From contig CAVPCZ010000023.1 in NCBI GenBank assembly GCA_963702445.1, positions 35,004 to 99,003 on the forward strand: DNA of 64,000 nt. Direction: 5' to 3'. The notes below the pieces were generated by a model, which did no database searches, had not been told where the DNA came from, and worked only from the letters and a program-made list of their open reading frames with translations. The translations under genes and the position numbers were made by a program. Within the stretch, counting starts at the first letter, position 1; each line of letters begins with the position of its first letter. This document shows positions 22,855 to 30,836 of the stretch, in pieces. The stretch is from Ignavibacteriota bacterium. Lineage in GTDB: Bacteria > Bacteroidota > Ignavibacteria > UBA10030 > UBA6906.

Positions 22855-22953
22855 TTTGAGGAGGCGTTTTCAAGAGGGCAGGCGGGCTGCGAACGGTGAA
22901 AACACATGTACGCAAATCGAAACCATGAGACAGATGGAAAGGAAGTAGACACA

Positions 22954-24759
22954 ATGAATCTTTCATTGGCGCAAGAAAAGGCAAGCAGGGTTTATCAATA
23001 CATGAAGAGAGGGAACGCAGGATTGATACGGGAGACTGCAAATGCGGTGGACCATGACCCTGCCAGTTGGGGTATGGATATTGACGATTGGGATTGGAAT
23101 GCGGGAGTAGGCATGACGGCAATTTCCGACTACTATGAAAAGACCCGGAATCCCGAAGTACTGGAATACATGGTGAATTGGATTGCCAGGAACAAGCATC
23201 AGTGTGCCAAAAAAGACCATGTCAACTACCTGACACCGCTTGCCATCTATCCGGACATGTATGTGAGAACCAAAGAGCCGTACTACCGGGAAACAGCGGT
23301 TGAGTACGCGGACTGGGTAATGGCAAATGCCGGGAGATCCAGGGATGGTGTGTTCTTTCACGGCGCGTCTGTTTCGGACGAGGTGTGGGCGGATACAGTG
23401 TATATGGCATTGGTCTTTTTGTCACGCACGGCCAAACTCACGGAAAATGCCAGGATAGCCGAACAAGTTGTCAAGCAATTGCTTTCGCACATGCAACTTC
23501 TGCAGGATGAGAAAACCGGGATTCTGTATCATGGATATCATTGTGTGGGAGTCCATCATATGTCGGGTGCCCTCTGGACAAGAGGGAATTCGTGGGTGGT
23601 GATTGGAGCTCCAATCCTCATCGAGACGATACGTGATCTGGCGGAAGTACCGGACGAAATCCATATCAGATATAAGAAACTGGTGGAGGGTCTCTTAACA
23701 TACCAGGCGGAAAATGGTCTCTGGCACACCGTTATGGACAGGCCTGATTTCTATCAGGAGACATCCGGCAGCGCGGGCATTGCAGCAGGGATCATGAAAG
23801 CGGTACGTCTCCGGATGCTCGAGCCCGAGACTCTGCCAAGCGCCCTGAAAGCCATGGAGGGGGTGATCGCAAAAATCAATTCCGAAGGCGCAGTGGAAGG
23901 CGTGTCGGGAGGCACGCCGATCATGCCGACGATTGATGCCTATGGCAAACTGACCCGCTATCCGACGCTGTACGGTCAGGGGCTGACACTGCTGATGTTG
24001 AGTGAATACATCTTGCAGGAACAGGTCCCGTATAAGAAAGACCGAGGCGGCGACTTGAGTTCCTCTCTCCCCATCCGTATCGGCGTTCGTGCTCACGATT
24101 TCGGGTGCCTGCCTGCCGGCGAACTCGCTGCGAAAATCGCGGCGAAGCAGCTGGTCTGCGCGCAGCTCGCACCCGGCAAGGCCATCGCCGGACTCAATAT
24201 GAAACCCGGCATTTTGAATCCCGGTCTCGCGTTTGAAATCGGAGCGGCGTTTCAAAAACATGGCGTCCAGATCGCGGTGCTCGGCTGCTACGTGAATCCG
24301 ATTCACCCCGATCCCGCGACGCGACAATCGCTGCTCGGACTTTTCAAGGAACACCTGCGCTACGCCCGCGATTTCGGCAACGGACTCGTCGCGCTCGAAA
24401 CCGGCTCGGTCAACGCGGACTATTCGCCTCATCCCGAGAACCACGGCGAGTCCGCTTTTCAACAATCGCTGGAGAGCATCGCAGAGCTTGTCGCGGAGGC
24501 TGAACACTTCGGCGTCATCGTCGGGATCGAGGCGGTCACATCGCACGTCGTTTCGACGCCGCAGAAAATGAGGCGGATGCTGGATACCGTCGCGTCGAAT
24601 AACCTGCAGGTCGTCTTCGATCCGGTGAATTTGCTTTCACTTGAAAATCATCACGCGCAGGAGCGGGTCATCGGCGAATCGCTCGAACTCTTCGGTGACC
24701 GGATTGCGGTCATTCATGCGAAGGATTTCTTGTCGAAAACGGCCAGTTCAGAAGTGTAA
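22954..24759 (+). CDS. GH105/GH88-family unsaturated glycuronyl hydrolase fused to a C-terminal xylose-isomerase-like (sugar phosphate isomerase/epimerase) TIM-barrel domain
   Basis: N-terminal ~370 aa has GH88/GH105 features (DWDWNAGVGMTAISDYYEKT, YLTPLAIYPDMY, HGYHCVGVHHMSGALWTRGNSWVVIGAPIL, LWHTVMDRPDFYQETSGSAG). C-terminal ~240 aa (IRIGVRAHDFG...VALETGSVNADYSPHPENHGESAFQQSLESIAELVAEAEHFGVIVGIEAVTSHVVSTPQKM...IHAKDF) matches the AP-endonuclease-2/xylose-isomerase TIM fold. One continuous 617-aa reading frame. ATG 22954 has an upstream GGAAAGGAAG; 22906 is an alternative start. Confidence 0.75.
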   Translation: MNLSLAQEKASRVYQYMKRGNAGLIRETANAVDHDPASWGMDIDDWDWNAGVGMTAISDYYEKTRNPEVLEYMVNWIARNKHQCAKKDHVNYLTPLAIYPDMYVRTKEPYYRETAVEYADWVMANAGRSRDGVFFHGASVSDEVWADTVYMALVFLSRTAKLTENARIAEQVVKQLLSHMQLLQDEKTGILYHGYHCVGVHHMSGALWTRGNSWVVIGAPILIETIRDLAEVPDEIHIRYKKLVEGLLTYQAENGLWHTVMDRPDFYQETSGSAGIAAGIMKAVRLRMLEPETLPSALKAMEGVIAKINSEGAVEGVSGGTPIMPTIDAYGKLTRYPTLYGQGLTLLMLSEYILQEQVPYKKDRGGDLSSSLPIRIGVRAHDFGCLPAGELAAKIAAKQLVCAQLAPGKAIAGLNMKPGILNPGLAFEIGAAFQKHGVQIAVLGCYVNPIHPDPATRQSLLGLFKEHLRYARDFGNGLVALETGSVNADYSPHPENHGESAFQQSLESIAELVAEAEHFGVIVGIEAVTSHVVSTPQKMRRMLDTVASNNLQVVFDPVNLLSLENHHAQERVIGESLELFGDRIAVIHAKDFLSKTASSEV

Positions 24760-25064
24760 GTGCGGGCCTGGGAAAACTGCGGCACGATCTGGTGATGAGA
24801 TTCGCCGTTGAGGAAAAACCAGGAATCAGCATTTTGTTGGAAGATACAAGCGAGCAGACGGCTCAGGATAGCCGGCAATTCCTGCTGCGGGTTGCAGAAC
24901 AATGGAAGTGATGTGCGTACTGGGGCGAAGGGAGGAAAGCCATCGGCGGCAAATTGACTTGCGATACATGTTCCCCGTCAGAATCCCCTCCATGGCAGGA
25001 TGTTAGGATTGCCCCTCCACCGAGCGTGGCCTTCACGCAACTGAAGTGAATTGACAGGATAGGC

Positions 25065-25979
25065 ATGCCCGAAATCATGTCCGTGGCCGGACCGGTCGAA
25101 CTTCCGTTGCCCGGGCTCTTCCTGCCGCACGAACATATCATGTCCGTATTCGGCAGGCAACGCTCCGGCCACGTCACCTACGATGAGGACCGGCTGATTG
25201 CCGCCGTCGTTCCGTACCTGCGCGATCTGCGGTCGCTCGGTTGCGTGGCGATCGCGGACTGCACCTCCGCCTGGATCGGCCGCCGGGCGGACCTGCTCCG
25301 GCGGATCTCCCATGAGTCCGGGATGGTCATCCTCACCAACACCGGCTACTACGGAGCTGCGGGCGGGCGCTACCTCCCCGATGGGATCGATCTGCTCGGC
25401 GTGGATGAAGTCGCCGACGCATGGGTGGCGGAGTGGGAAGAGGGGATTGACGGGACGGGAATCCGGCCGGGGTTCATTAAGACGGGTGTTGACAACAACG
25501 GGCTCTCCCGTATCGACCGCACGCTGTTGACTGCAGCGGCCCGGACCCACCTGAGGACAGGCCTGCTTATCCAGACGCACACGGGTAACAATCCTCCGGC
25601 CGCGCATGAGATCCTTGAAATCCTGGAGGTGGAGGGAGTTCACCCGGGTGCCTGGGTCTGGGTACATGCGCACCTCGTCCAGGATCAACAGCATCTGGTT
25701 GATGCCGCGCGCAAGGGAGCCTGGATTTCGCTTGACGGCATACATCCGGAACGTGATGCGGCCATCCTCGCGACGCTCACCCTTATGAAGGCGGAAGAGC
25801 TGCTCGATCGCGTCCTTCTCTCGCACGACGGGAACGCGTTCACCGCCGACGGCTCGCGCAGGCCCTTTGAGCATCTTCTGACAGGGTTCCGGGGGAAGTT
25901 TCTCGTGGAAGGTTTCACCGAGGCAGAGTACTCCCTGCTGACGGAAACGAACCCGCGCCGTGCTTTTTCGTCGGGCTGA
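25065..25979 (+). CDS. phosphotriesterase-family (PTER/Php, amidohydrolase superfamily) protein
   Basis: Metal-ligand motifs of the PTE family: LPHEHIM near the N-terminus, ILTNTGYYG, GFIKTG, QTHTG, WVWVHAH, SHDG. 304-aa intact ORF. The long minus-strand ORF 24978..26051 is its antisense shadow. Confidence 0.8.
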   Translation: MPEIMSVAGPVELPLPGLFLPHEHIMSVFGRQRSGHVTYDEDRLIAAVVPYLRDLRSLGCVAIADCTSAWIGRRADLLRRISHESGMVILTNTGYYGAAGGRYLPDGIDLLGVDEVADAWVAEWEEGIDGTGIRPGFIKTGVDNNGLSRIDRTLLTAAARTHLRTGLLIQTHTGNNPPAAHEILEILEVEGVHPGAWVWVHAHLVQDQQHLVDAARKGAWISLDGIHPERDAAILATLTLMKAEELLDRVLLSHDGNAFTADGSRRPFEHLLTGFRGKFLVEGFTEAEYSLLTETNPRRAFSSG

Positions 25980-26135
25980 CCCGGGGTTCCTAACCTCCGT
26001 TTCACCAGGTATCGAAGCTCTGGCATGTTTGAGCGTTCTCCCGCCGGTCACCCATTAAATCCGCCATGTAGGGTTACTCAATCCGGTCAGTTGCGTGAAG
26101 GTTCCCGGATCGCGAACCTCCGGCTTCTCATTTCT

Positions 26136-26145
26136 GGAATATTCC
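26136..26145. promoter_or_regulatory. perfect 10-bp palindrome GGAATATTCC in arsR leader
   Basis: Read directly (tttctGGAATATTCCttcc). About 130 nt upstream of the arsR start. Confidence 0.25.
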
Positions 26146-26217
26146 TTCCAAAAAGTGAGATTTTCGTGGGAGGCATGTGCGCAAAAAGGGGCCATCGTGG
26201 TGAAAATCCGTGGCACG

Positions 26218-26241
26218 ATATATGACTATATGCTCATATAA
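26218..26241. promoter_or_regulatory. candidate ArsR/SmtB operator: AT-rich inverted repeat ATATATGA-N8-TCATATAA immediately upstream of arsR
   Basis: Read directly: gATATATGActatatgcTCATATAAc, arms 7/8 complementary, 8-bp spacer. About 30 nt upstream of the GTG start at 26273. ArsR/SmtB repressors bind AT-rich imperfect inverted repeats overlapping their own promoters. Confidence 0.45.
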
Positions 26242-26272
26242 CTCAACCCTCACTATCCGGTACCAAGACCCC

Positions 26273-26590
26273 GTGAAGAAAACATCTGCTGACCTCAAAG
26301 CCGGGATCCTGGCCGCTCTGGCCCACCCGAACAGGATCAGAATTCTGGAATTCATTCGCCGGGACGTGCGGTGCAACTGCGAACTTGCTCCCGCTCTGGA
26401 ACTGGAACAGTCCAATCTCTCCCGCCATCTGAAAATTCTGGTGCAAGCCGGCGTACTTGTCTCGTGGAAAGACGGGCTGCGCGTGAACTTCAAGGTCACC
26501 GATGACCGAGTCTTCAGGATTCTCGATATAGCCGTAGGCATCGCACGCCAGGAAACCGAAAAGCGCGTGGAAGCGCTGGAAGAAGCATAG
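26273..26590 (+). CDS. arsR: ArsR/SmtB-family transcriptional repressor
   Basis: wHTH region LAALAHPNRIRILEFI...CNCELAPALELEQSNLSRHLKILVQAGVL with the metal(loid)-binding CxC (CNC) at the start of the recognition helix. 106 aa from GTG 26273. The ORF-track start 26210 (GTG) and the in-frame ATG 26222 would both place the start codon inside the putative operator. Confidence 0.8.
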   Translation: MKKTSADLKAGILAALAHPNRIRILEFIRRDVRCNCELAPALELEQSNLSRHLKILVQAGVLVSWKDGLRVNFKVTDDRVFRILDIAVGIARQETEKRVEALEEA

Positions 26591-26609
26591 TACTCCGGAG
26601 AAAACCATC

Positions 26610-26864
26610 ATGACAATCAAAGTTCTCGGCCCCGGCTGTATGAACTGCAAAACCCTTGAAAAACGCACGCAGGAAGCAGTCGCGTCCCTCGGTATCCATG
26701 CAACGGTGGAAAAAGTGGAAGATATCATGCAGATCGCTGCCTACGGCATCCTCCGGACACCCGGCTTGGTGATCGATGAGAAGGTGGTGTCCTGGGGACG
26801 AGTCCCGACAGTCGAGGCAATCAAGGAGTTGATTTCGGGGCAAACAGTGCGGACAACATCGTGA
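26610..26864 (+). CDS. thioredoxin-fold 'redox-active disulfide protein 2' family, copy 1
   Basis: 84 aa, MTIKVLGPGCMNCKTLEKRTQEA...GILRTPGLVIDEKVV. Single CxxC (GCMNC) in a minimal Trx fold, the hallmark of the small permease-associated thioredoxin family. Confidence 0.75.
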   Translation: MTIKVLGPGCMNCKTLEKRTQEAVASLGIHATVEKVEDIMQIAAYGILRTPGLVIDEKVVSWGRVPTVEAIKELISGQTVRTTS

Positions 26865-27877
26865 AACTCAAACCTCTCCGGCTGGCGGCACTTCTACTGG
26901 CGGTCTGGCTGGTTGTCTACGTGTTCCTTCTCCCGGCGGTTGACGGACTGGTGTACGGAATCCTGAAGCTGGAGCCTGGCACACGTCTGACTTCCGCACT
27001 CCATTTCTTCCTGTACGAGGCGCCGAAGGTCTTGCTCCTGCTCACAATCGTTGTGTTCGGCGTGGGCATTGTACGTTCGTACTTCTCACCCGAGAAAACC
27101 CGGAGGATTCTGGAGAACAAACCCCTCCTCCTGGGCAATGTTCTTGCGAGCACGCTCGGTATCGTGACACCCTTCTGTTCCTGTTCGGCGGTCCCGCTCT
27201 TCATCGGGTTTGTTGAAGCGGGGATTCCCCTCGGCGTTACGTTTTCCTTCCTGATCGCCGCGCCGATGATCAACGAAATTGCCATCGTCCTGCTGTTCGG
27301 TTTGTTTGGCTGGAAGGTCACGCTTCTGTACGTCAGTACGGGACTGAGTATTGCCATCCTGGCCGGGTATGTCATCAACAAACTCAAGGTGGAGCGGTAT
27401 GTCGAAGACTGGGTGTACACCATCCGGTCGCAGCCACTGAATATGCAGGAGGAGCAGCTCACCCTCGACGACAGGGTGGAATTTGGCTTCACACAGGTGC
27501 GGGAGATTGTATCGAAAGTCTGGCTCTACGTTCTCGTGGGCATAGCTGTGGGAGCAGGCATCCACGGCTACGTGCCGGAGAATTTCATGGCGGGCCTCAT
27601 GGGCAAATCCGCCTGGTGGGCCGTGCCCGTGTCGGTGTTGATCGGCGTGCCGCTCTACTCCAACGCTGCCGGCATTATTCCGATCGTCCATGCGCTGCTC
27701 GAGAAGGGCGCTTCACTCGGTACGACCCTCGCCTTCATGATGTCGGTGATCGGCCTGTCGCTCCCGGAAACAATCATTCTCAGGAAAGTCCTGAAGCTGC
27801 CGCTCATCTTCATCTTCGTGGGGGTCGTGGCCACGGGAATCCTGCTTGTGGGTTATCTCTTCAACGCTATTATGTGA
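26861..27877 (+). CDS. DUF318-family permease with TPFCSCS motif (ArsP-like organoarsenical/metalloid permease family)
   Basis: 338 aa, about 8 TM segments. The conserved IVTPFCSCSAVPLF motif is characteristic of DUF318/ArsP permeases. Second half repeats the fold (inverted-repeat topology). Start overlaps the upstream trx-like stop. Confidence 0.8.
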   Translation: MKLKPLRLAALLLAVWLVVYVFLLPAVDGLVYGILKLEPGTRLTSALHFFLYEAPKVLLLLTIVVFGVGIVRSYFSPEKTRRILENKPLLLGNVLASTLGIVTPFCSCSAVPLFIGFVEAGIPLGVTFSFLIAAPMINEIAIVLLFGLFGWKVTLLYVSTGLSIAILAGYVINKLKVERYVEDWVYTIRSQPLNMQEEQLTLDDRVEFGFTQVREIVSKVWLYVLVGIAVGAGIHGYVPENFMAGLMGKSAWWAVPVSVLIGVPLYSNAAGIIPIVHALLEKGASLGTTLAFMMSVIGLSLPETIILRKVLKLPLIFIFVGVVATGILLVGYLFNAIM

Positions 27878-27894
27878 CACCAACCGACGGTGCT

Positions 27895-28149
27895 ATGATG
27901 ATAACGGTCAAAGTGCTCGGGGCGGGATGCACGAAATGCAAGGTTCTCCATCAGCGATTGCTGGAATTGAAGACTGAGAATGGTCTCGATTTCGATCTCG
28001 TCAAAGTCACAGACATCAGGGAGATTATTTCATACGGAATCATGGCCACTCCCGGGTTGATCATTAACGGTGTTGTCAAGAGCGTGGGAACCGTACCAAA
28101 AGATTCACAACTCATGCAATGGCTGAAGGAAGCAAGCAATGCATCATAA
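27895..28149 (+). CDS. thioredoxin-fold 'redox-active disulfide protein 2' family, copy 2
   Basis: MMITVKVLGAGCTKCKVLHQRLLE...GIMATPGLIINGVVK; paralog of 26610..26864 (same CxxC spacing and VLG.GC..C / TPGL..I motifs). Real start ATGATG at 27895 follows the permease stop (27875..27877). The ORF-track 27616..28149 is an in-frame upstream extension overlapping the permease. Confidence 0.75.
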   Translation: MMITVKVLGAGCTKCKVLHQRLLELKTENGLDFDLVKVTDIREIISYGIMATPGLIINGVVKSVGTVPKDSQLMQWLKEASNAS

Positions 28150-28561
28150 AGGATCTCGATTCATCGCTACCATGACGGCGGTCCTCATCTGTACCGCGCC
28201 AACCGTCTGGACACAGTCAAAGACTGACAAACCGCAGGCAAAAGATGACGCCAAGGCCACAAAGCCGCTGGTGACATTTGTTGAACTCGGCTCGGTAAAC
28301 TGCATTCCCTGCCGGCAGATGCAGCCCGTTATGAAGGCCGTTGAGGAGAAGTACGGCAAACAGGTGAACGTGGTATTTTATGACGTGTGGAAGGATGATC
28401 AGCGTGAGTATGCAGAGAAATACGGCATCAAGCTCATTCCCACACAGGTGTTCCTGGACAAGGAAGGCAAAGAGTTCTTCCGGCATGAAGGCTTCTTTCC
28501 CGAGGCGGAGATCGACAAGCTTCTCCAGAAGCGCGGCCTGAACGCCCGCAGCGGAGGATAG
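28139..28561 (+). CDS. periplasmic thioredoxin/TlpA-like thiol:disulfide oxidoreductase
   Basis: Signal peptide (...TMTAVLICTAPTVWTQS) then Trx fold with CIPC active site (ELGSVNCIPCRQMQP) and the cis-Pro region (LIPTQVFLD). Confidence 0.7.
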   Translation: MHHKGSRFIATMTAVLICTAPTVWTQSKTDKPQAKDDAKATKPLVTFVELGSVNCIPCRQMQPVMKAVEEKYGKQVNVVFYDVWKDDQREYAEKYGIKLIPTQVFLDKEGKEFFRHEGFFPEAEIDKLLQKRGLNARSGG

Positions 28562-28564
28562 TCC

Positions 28565-29266
28565 GTGCTCGACGAGCTCTTCACGTGGCTGACAATGGCG
28601 ATGAGCGAGACATTTGGAATCGCTCTCCTTGCCGCGGTCGGATGGGGGATTGTCAGCATTCTCCTGAGTCCCTGCCATCTCTCAAGTATTCCCCTCGTTA
28701 TCGGCTACATCAGCTCTCAGGGGCAGGAGGGTGTAAAGCGTTCGTATCTGCTCTCTCTCGTGTTCGCGATCGGGATTCTCATCACCATCGGCCTGATCGG
28801 GGTGGTCACCGCCTCTGCGGGCAGGATGATGGGTGACGTGGGTATGTGGGGTAACTTCATTGTCGCCGGGGTGTTCTTTGTCGTTGGTCTTTACCTCATG
28901 GATGTCATCAGCCTCTCATGGGGCGGAATCGTCCCCCGAACGTCGTTTGCCCGGGGGTGGAAAGGGGCTCTCCTGTTAGGCCTCATTTTCGGTGTCGGGT
29001 TGGGTCCCTGCACCTTTGCCTACATGGCGCCGGTGCTCGGCGTGGCGTTCAGCGTGGCGACCACAAGTATGGTTCAGGCGTTCTCGCTTGTCGCGGCATT
29101 CGGAGTGGGGCACTGTGCGGTGATTGTGGGAGCCGGCGGTGCTGCAGGAACGGTGCAGAGGTATCTCAACTGGACTGAAAAGTCGAAGGGCGCGACGTAT
29201 CTGAAGCGAACCGCGGGGGTGCTTGTCATTCTGGCAGGCGCGTATTACATCTACACCGCATTGTAA
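28565..29266 (+). CDS. ccdA: cytochrome c biogenesis CcdA / DsbD-beta family transmembrane thiol-disulfide electron transporter
   Basis: 233 aa, 6 TM. Conserved cysteines in TM1 (LLSPCHLSSIP) and TM4 (GLGPCTFAYMAPVLG) at the positions typical of CcdA/DsbD transmembrane domains. Confidence 0.8.
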   Translation: MLDELFTWLTMAMSETFGIALLAAVGWGIVSILLSPCHLSSIPLVIGYISSQGQEGVKRSYLLSLVFAIGILITIGLIGVVTASAGRMMGDVGMWGNFIVAGVFFVVGLYLMDVISLSWGGIVPRTSFARGWKGALLLGLIFGVGLGPCTFAYMAPVLGVAFSVATTSMVQAFSLVAAFGVGHCAVIVGAGGAAGTVQRYLNWTEKSKGATYLKRTAGVLVILAGAYYIYTAL

Positions 29267-29357
29267 GACAGGCGAAGGTCCGTTCGATGCGAAGTGCGGA
29301 ATGCCGCATCCGCGAATCTTGCCTCATCCCATAGCGAAAACAAATACGGCTGACAAC

Positions 29358-29618
29358 ATGAGCGTTCCGCGTGACAAGATACCGTGGTACCCCACCATTC
29401 AACAGGACAGTTGTACGAATTGTGGCGTTTGCGTAACGTTCTGTACACATGGCGTGTACGCCGTGGAGGATGTCCGGACGGTTGTTGCCATGCCATACAA
29501 CTGCGTTGTAGGATGCAGCGGCTGTGAAGGTCAGTGCACCAACGGAGCGATTCGATTTCCGGAGATGCAGGAGTTTGTTCAGACACTCCGCCGGCTTCGT
29601 GCACAATACGCCGGGTGA
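29358..29618 (+). CDS. small 4Fe-4S ferredoxin-like protein
   Basis: 86 aa from ATG 29358 with two Cys clusters CTNCGVCVTFC and CVVGCSGCEGQC. Preceded by a ~90-nt gap after ccdA. The ORF-track 29223 start is an upstream extension. Confidence 0.55.
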   Translation: MSVPRDKIPWYPTIQQDSCTNCGVCVTFCTHGVYAVEDVRTVVAMPYNCVVGCSGCEGQCTNGAIRFPEMQEFVQTLRRLRAQYAG

Positions 29619-29729
29619 CGGTTGGTACTCTTCACGATCCATCGATCATGAAACATCCGCTCATTGACACGGAACCATAGGTCCGACATCCGTGAGCAGA
29701 TGATTCCATAACCCTTAAGGACCTCGACG

Positions 29730-30830
29730 ATGACTGACAGAGAGAGGATTCTTGCCGTTCTCCATGGTGCCCGGCCGGACCAGGTCCCGTGGTTCGGGGA
29801 CCTTGACTACTGGGCTTCGGCATTGGTAGCACAGGGAACGAAACCGCAGGGTTTCAAGGAATCCGCCGCCTACATCCAGTGGCACCGTGAGTTGGGGGTG
29901 GGATTCTATCTCCAGGGGTTTTTCCCGTTCCGTACCATCCTCGATCTGCCGGAACGGATATGGCAGGAGGGTAACCGGCGCTACCGCGAGCTATCCACTC
30001 CCATGGGGAACCTGCGGGATTGCTGGGAATACCTCCCGGCGTCGTTTGCCGAGGCTCCCATCGAGCATCTTGTGAAATCGGAACGGGATCTCGCCGCCCT
30101 CCGCTATGTCTATGCGCACACATTCTGGGAACCCGACTACGACTATGCCTACCGGCGTCTGGAACAGATCGGAGATCAGGGCATCCTTCTCTGCTATCTG
30201 CCCAAGAGTCCCTTCATGCACCTTGTTGCCCTGGAGGCGGGCATCGAGGCGGTGACGTTTGCGGAGATGGCCGAGCCCGATGAATTCGCCGAAACACTTG
30301 CGGTCATGAAACTCGCATTCGACGGAGCGGCTCGCATCGCGGTGGAGTGCCCTGCAGAGGTCCTGATGATTCCGGAAAATCTCTCCGCCGAGATGATCGG
30401 TCCCCGCCTTTTTGAAAAGTACATGCGTGCTTATCAAGAGGAGTGGATCGGAGAGATTGCCAGGGCAGGCAAGCATTCCTTCATTCATATGGACGGGACG
30501 CTCAAGGGCTTGCTCCGGCAGGTGGCGTCGACGGGCGTGAGCGTCATCGAGGCGATGACTCCCGAACCGGTGGGAGATCTGGCGATTGAACAATGGGCGG
30601 CGAGGGCCGATAAGCCTGCGACCATTCTGTGGGGAGGTATTCCGGGTGTGTACTTCACGCCAAAGGTAAGCGACGAAGAGTTCGACCGGCACGTCCAGGA
30701 AGTCCTGCTCGTCATGCGATCTCAGCCCCGCTATGTGCTCGGTGTTGCCGACCAGGTGCCGCCGGATGCTCTGGAGTACCGGGTGAGAAGGGTTGGAGAT
30801 CTGGTGGAAATCTACGGGCGATTCGGGTAG
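29730..30830 (+). CDS. uroporphyrinogen decarboxylase (URO-D)-like / MtaA-CmuA-like family protein of unknown specificity
   Basis: 366 aa; C-terminal half (HMDGTLKGLLRQVASTGVSVIEAMTPEPVGDLAIEQWAA...ILWGGIPGVYFT) matches the URO-D-like TIM-barrel fold shared with methylcobamide:CoM methyltransferases. Not a canonical HemE N-terminus. Confidence 0.55.
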   Translation: MTDRERILAVLHGARPDQVPWFGDLDYWASALVAQGTKPQGFKESAAYIQWHRELGVGFYLQGFFPFRTILDLPERIWQEGNRRYRELSTPMGNLRDCWEYLPASFAEAPIEHLVKSERDLAALRYVYAHTFWEPDYDYAYRRLEQIGDQGILLCYLPKSPFMHLVALEAGIEAVTFAEMAEPDEFAETLAVMKLAFDGAARIAVECPAEVLMIPENLSAEMIGPRLFEKYMRAYQEEWIGEIARAGKHSFIHMDGTLKGLLRQVASTGVSVIEAMTPEPVGDLAIEQWAARADKPATILWGGIPGVYFTPKVSDEEFDRHVQEVLLVMRSQPRYVLGVADQVPPDALEYRVRRVGDLVEIYGRFG

Positions 30831-30836
30831 TCACGA

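Noticed and set aside
19354-22952. Very long minus-strand ORFs (482 aa and 680 aa) opposite the GH127-like and beta-propeller genes
   Set aside because: Arg/Gly/Pro-rich, no motifs; classic high-GC shadow ORFs. The + strand ORFs have coherent domain content and promoter motifs.
24978-26051. 357-aa minus-strand ORF overlapping the phosphotriesterase gene
   Set aside because: Translation is Arg/Pro/Gly-rich low-complexity with no domain; it is the antisense shadow of the well-supported + strand PTE-family gene, as expected in >60% GC DNA.
26210-26272. ORF-track start of arsR at 26210 (GTG), giving a 126-aa protein
   Set aside because: That start (and the in-frame ATG at 26222) would lie inside the AT-rich inverted repeat interpreted as the operator. 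GTG 26273 yields a typical 106-aa ArsR.
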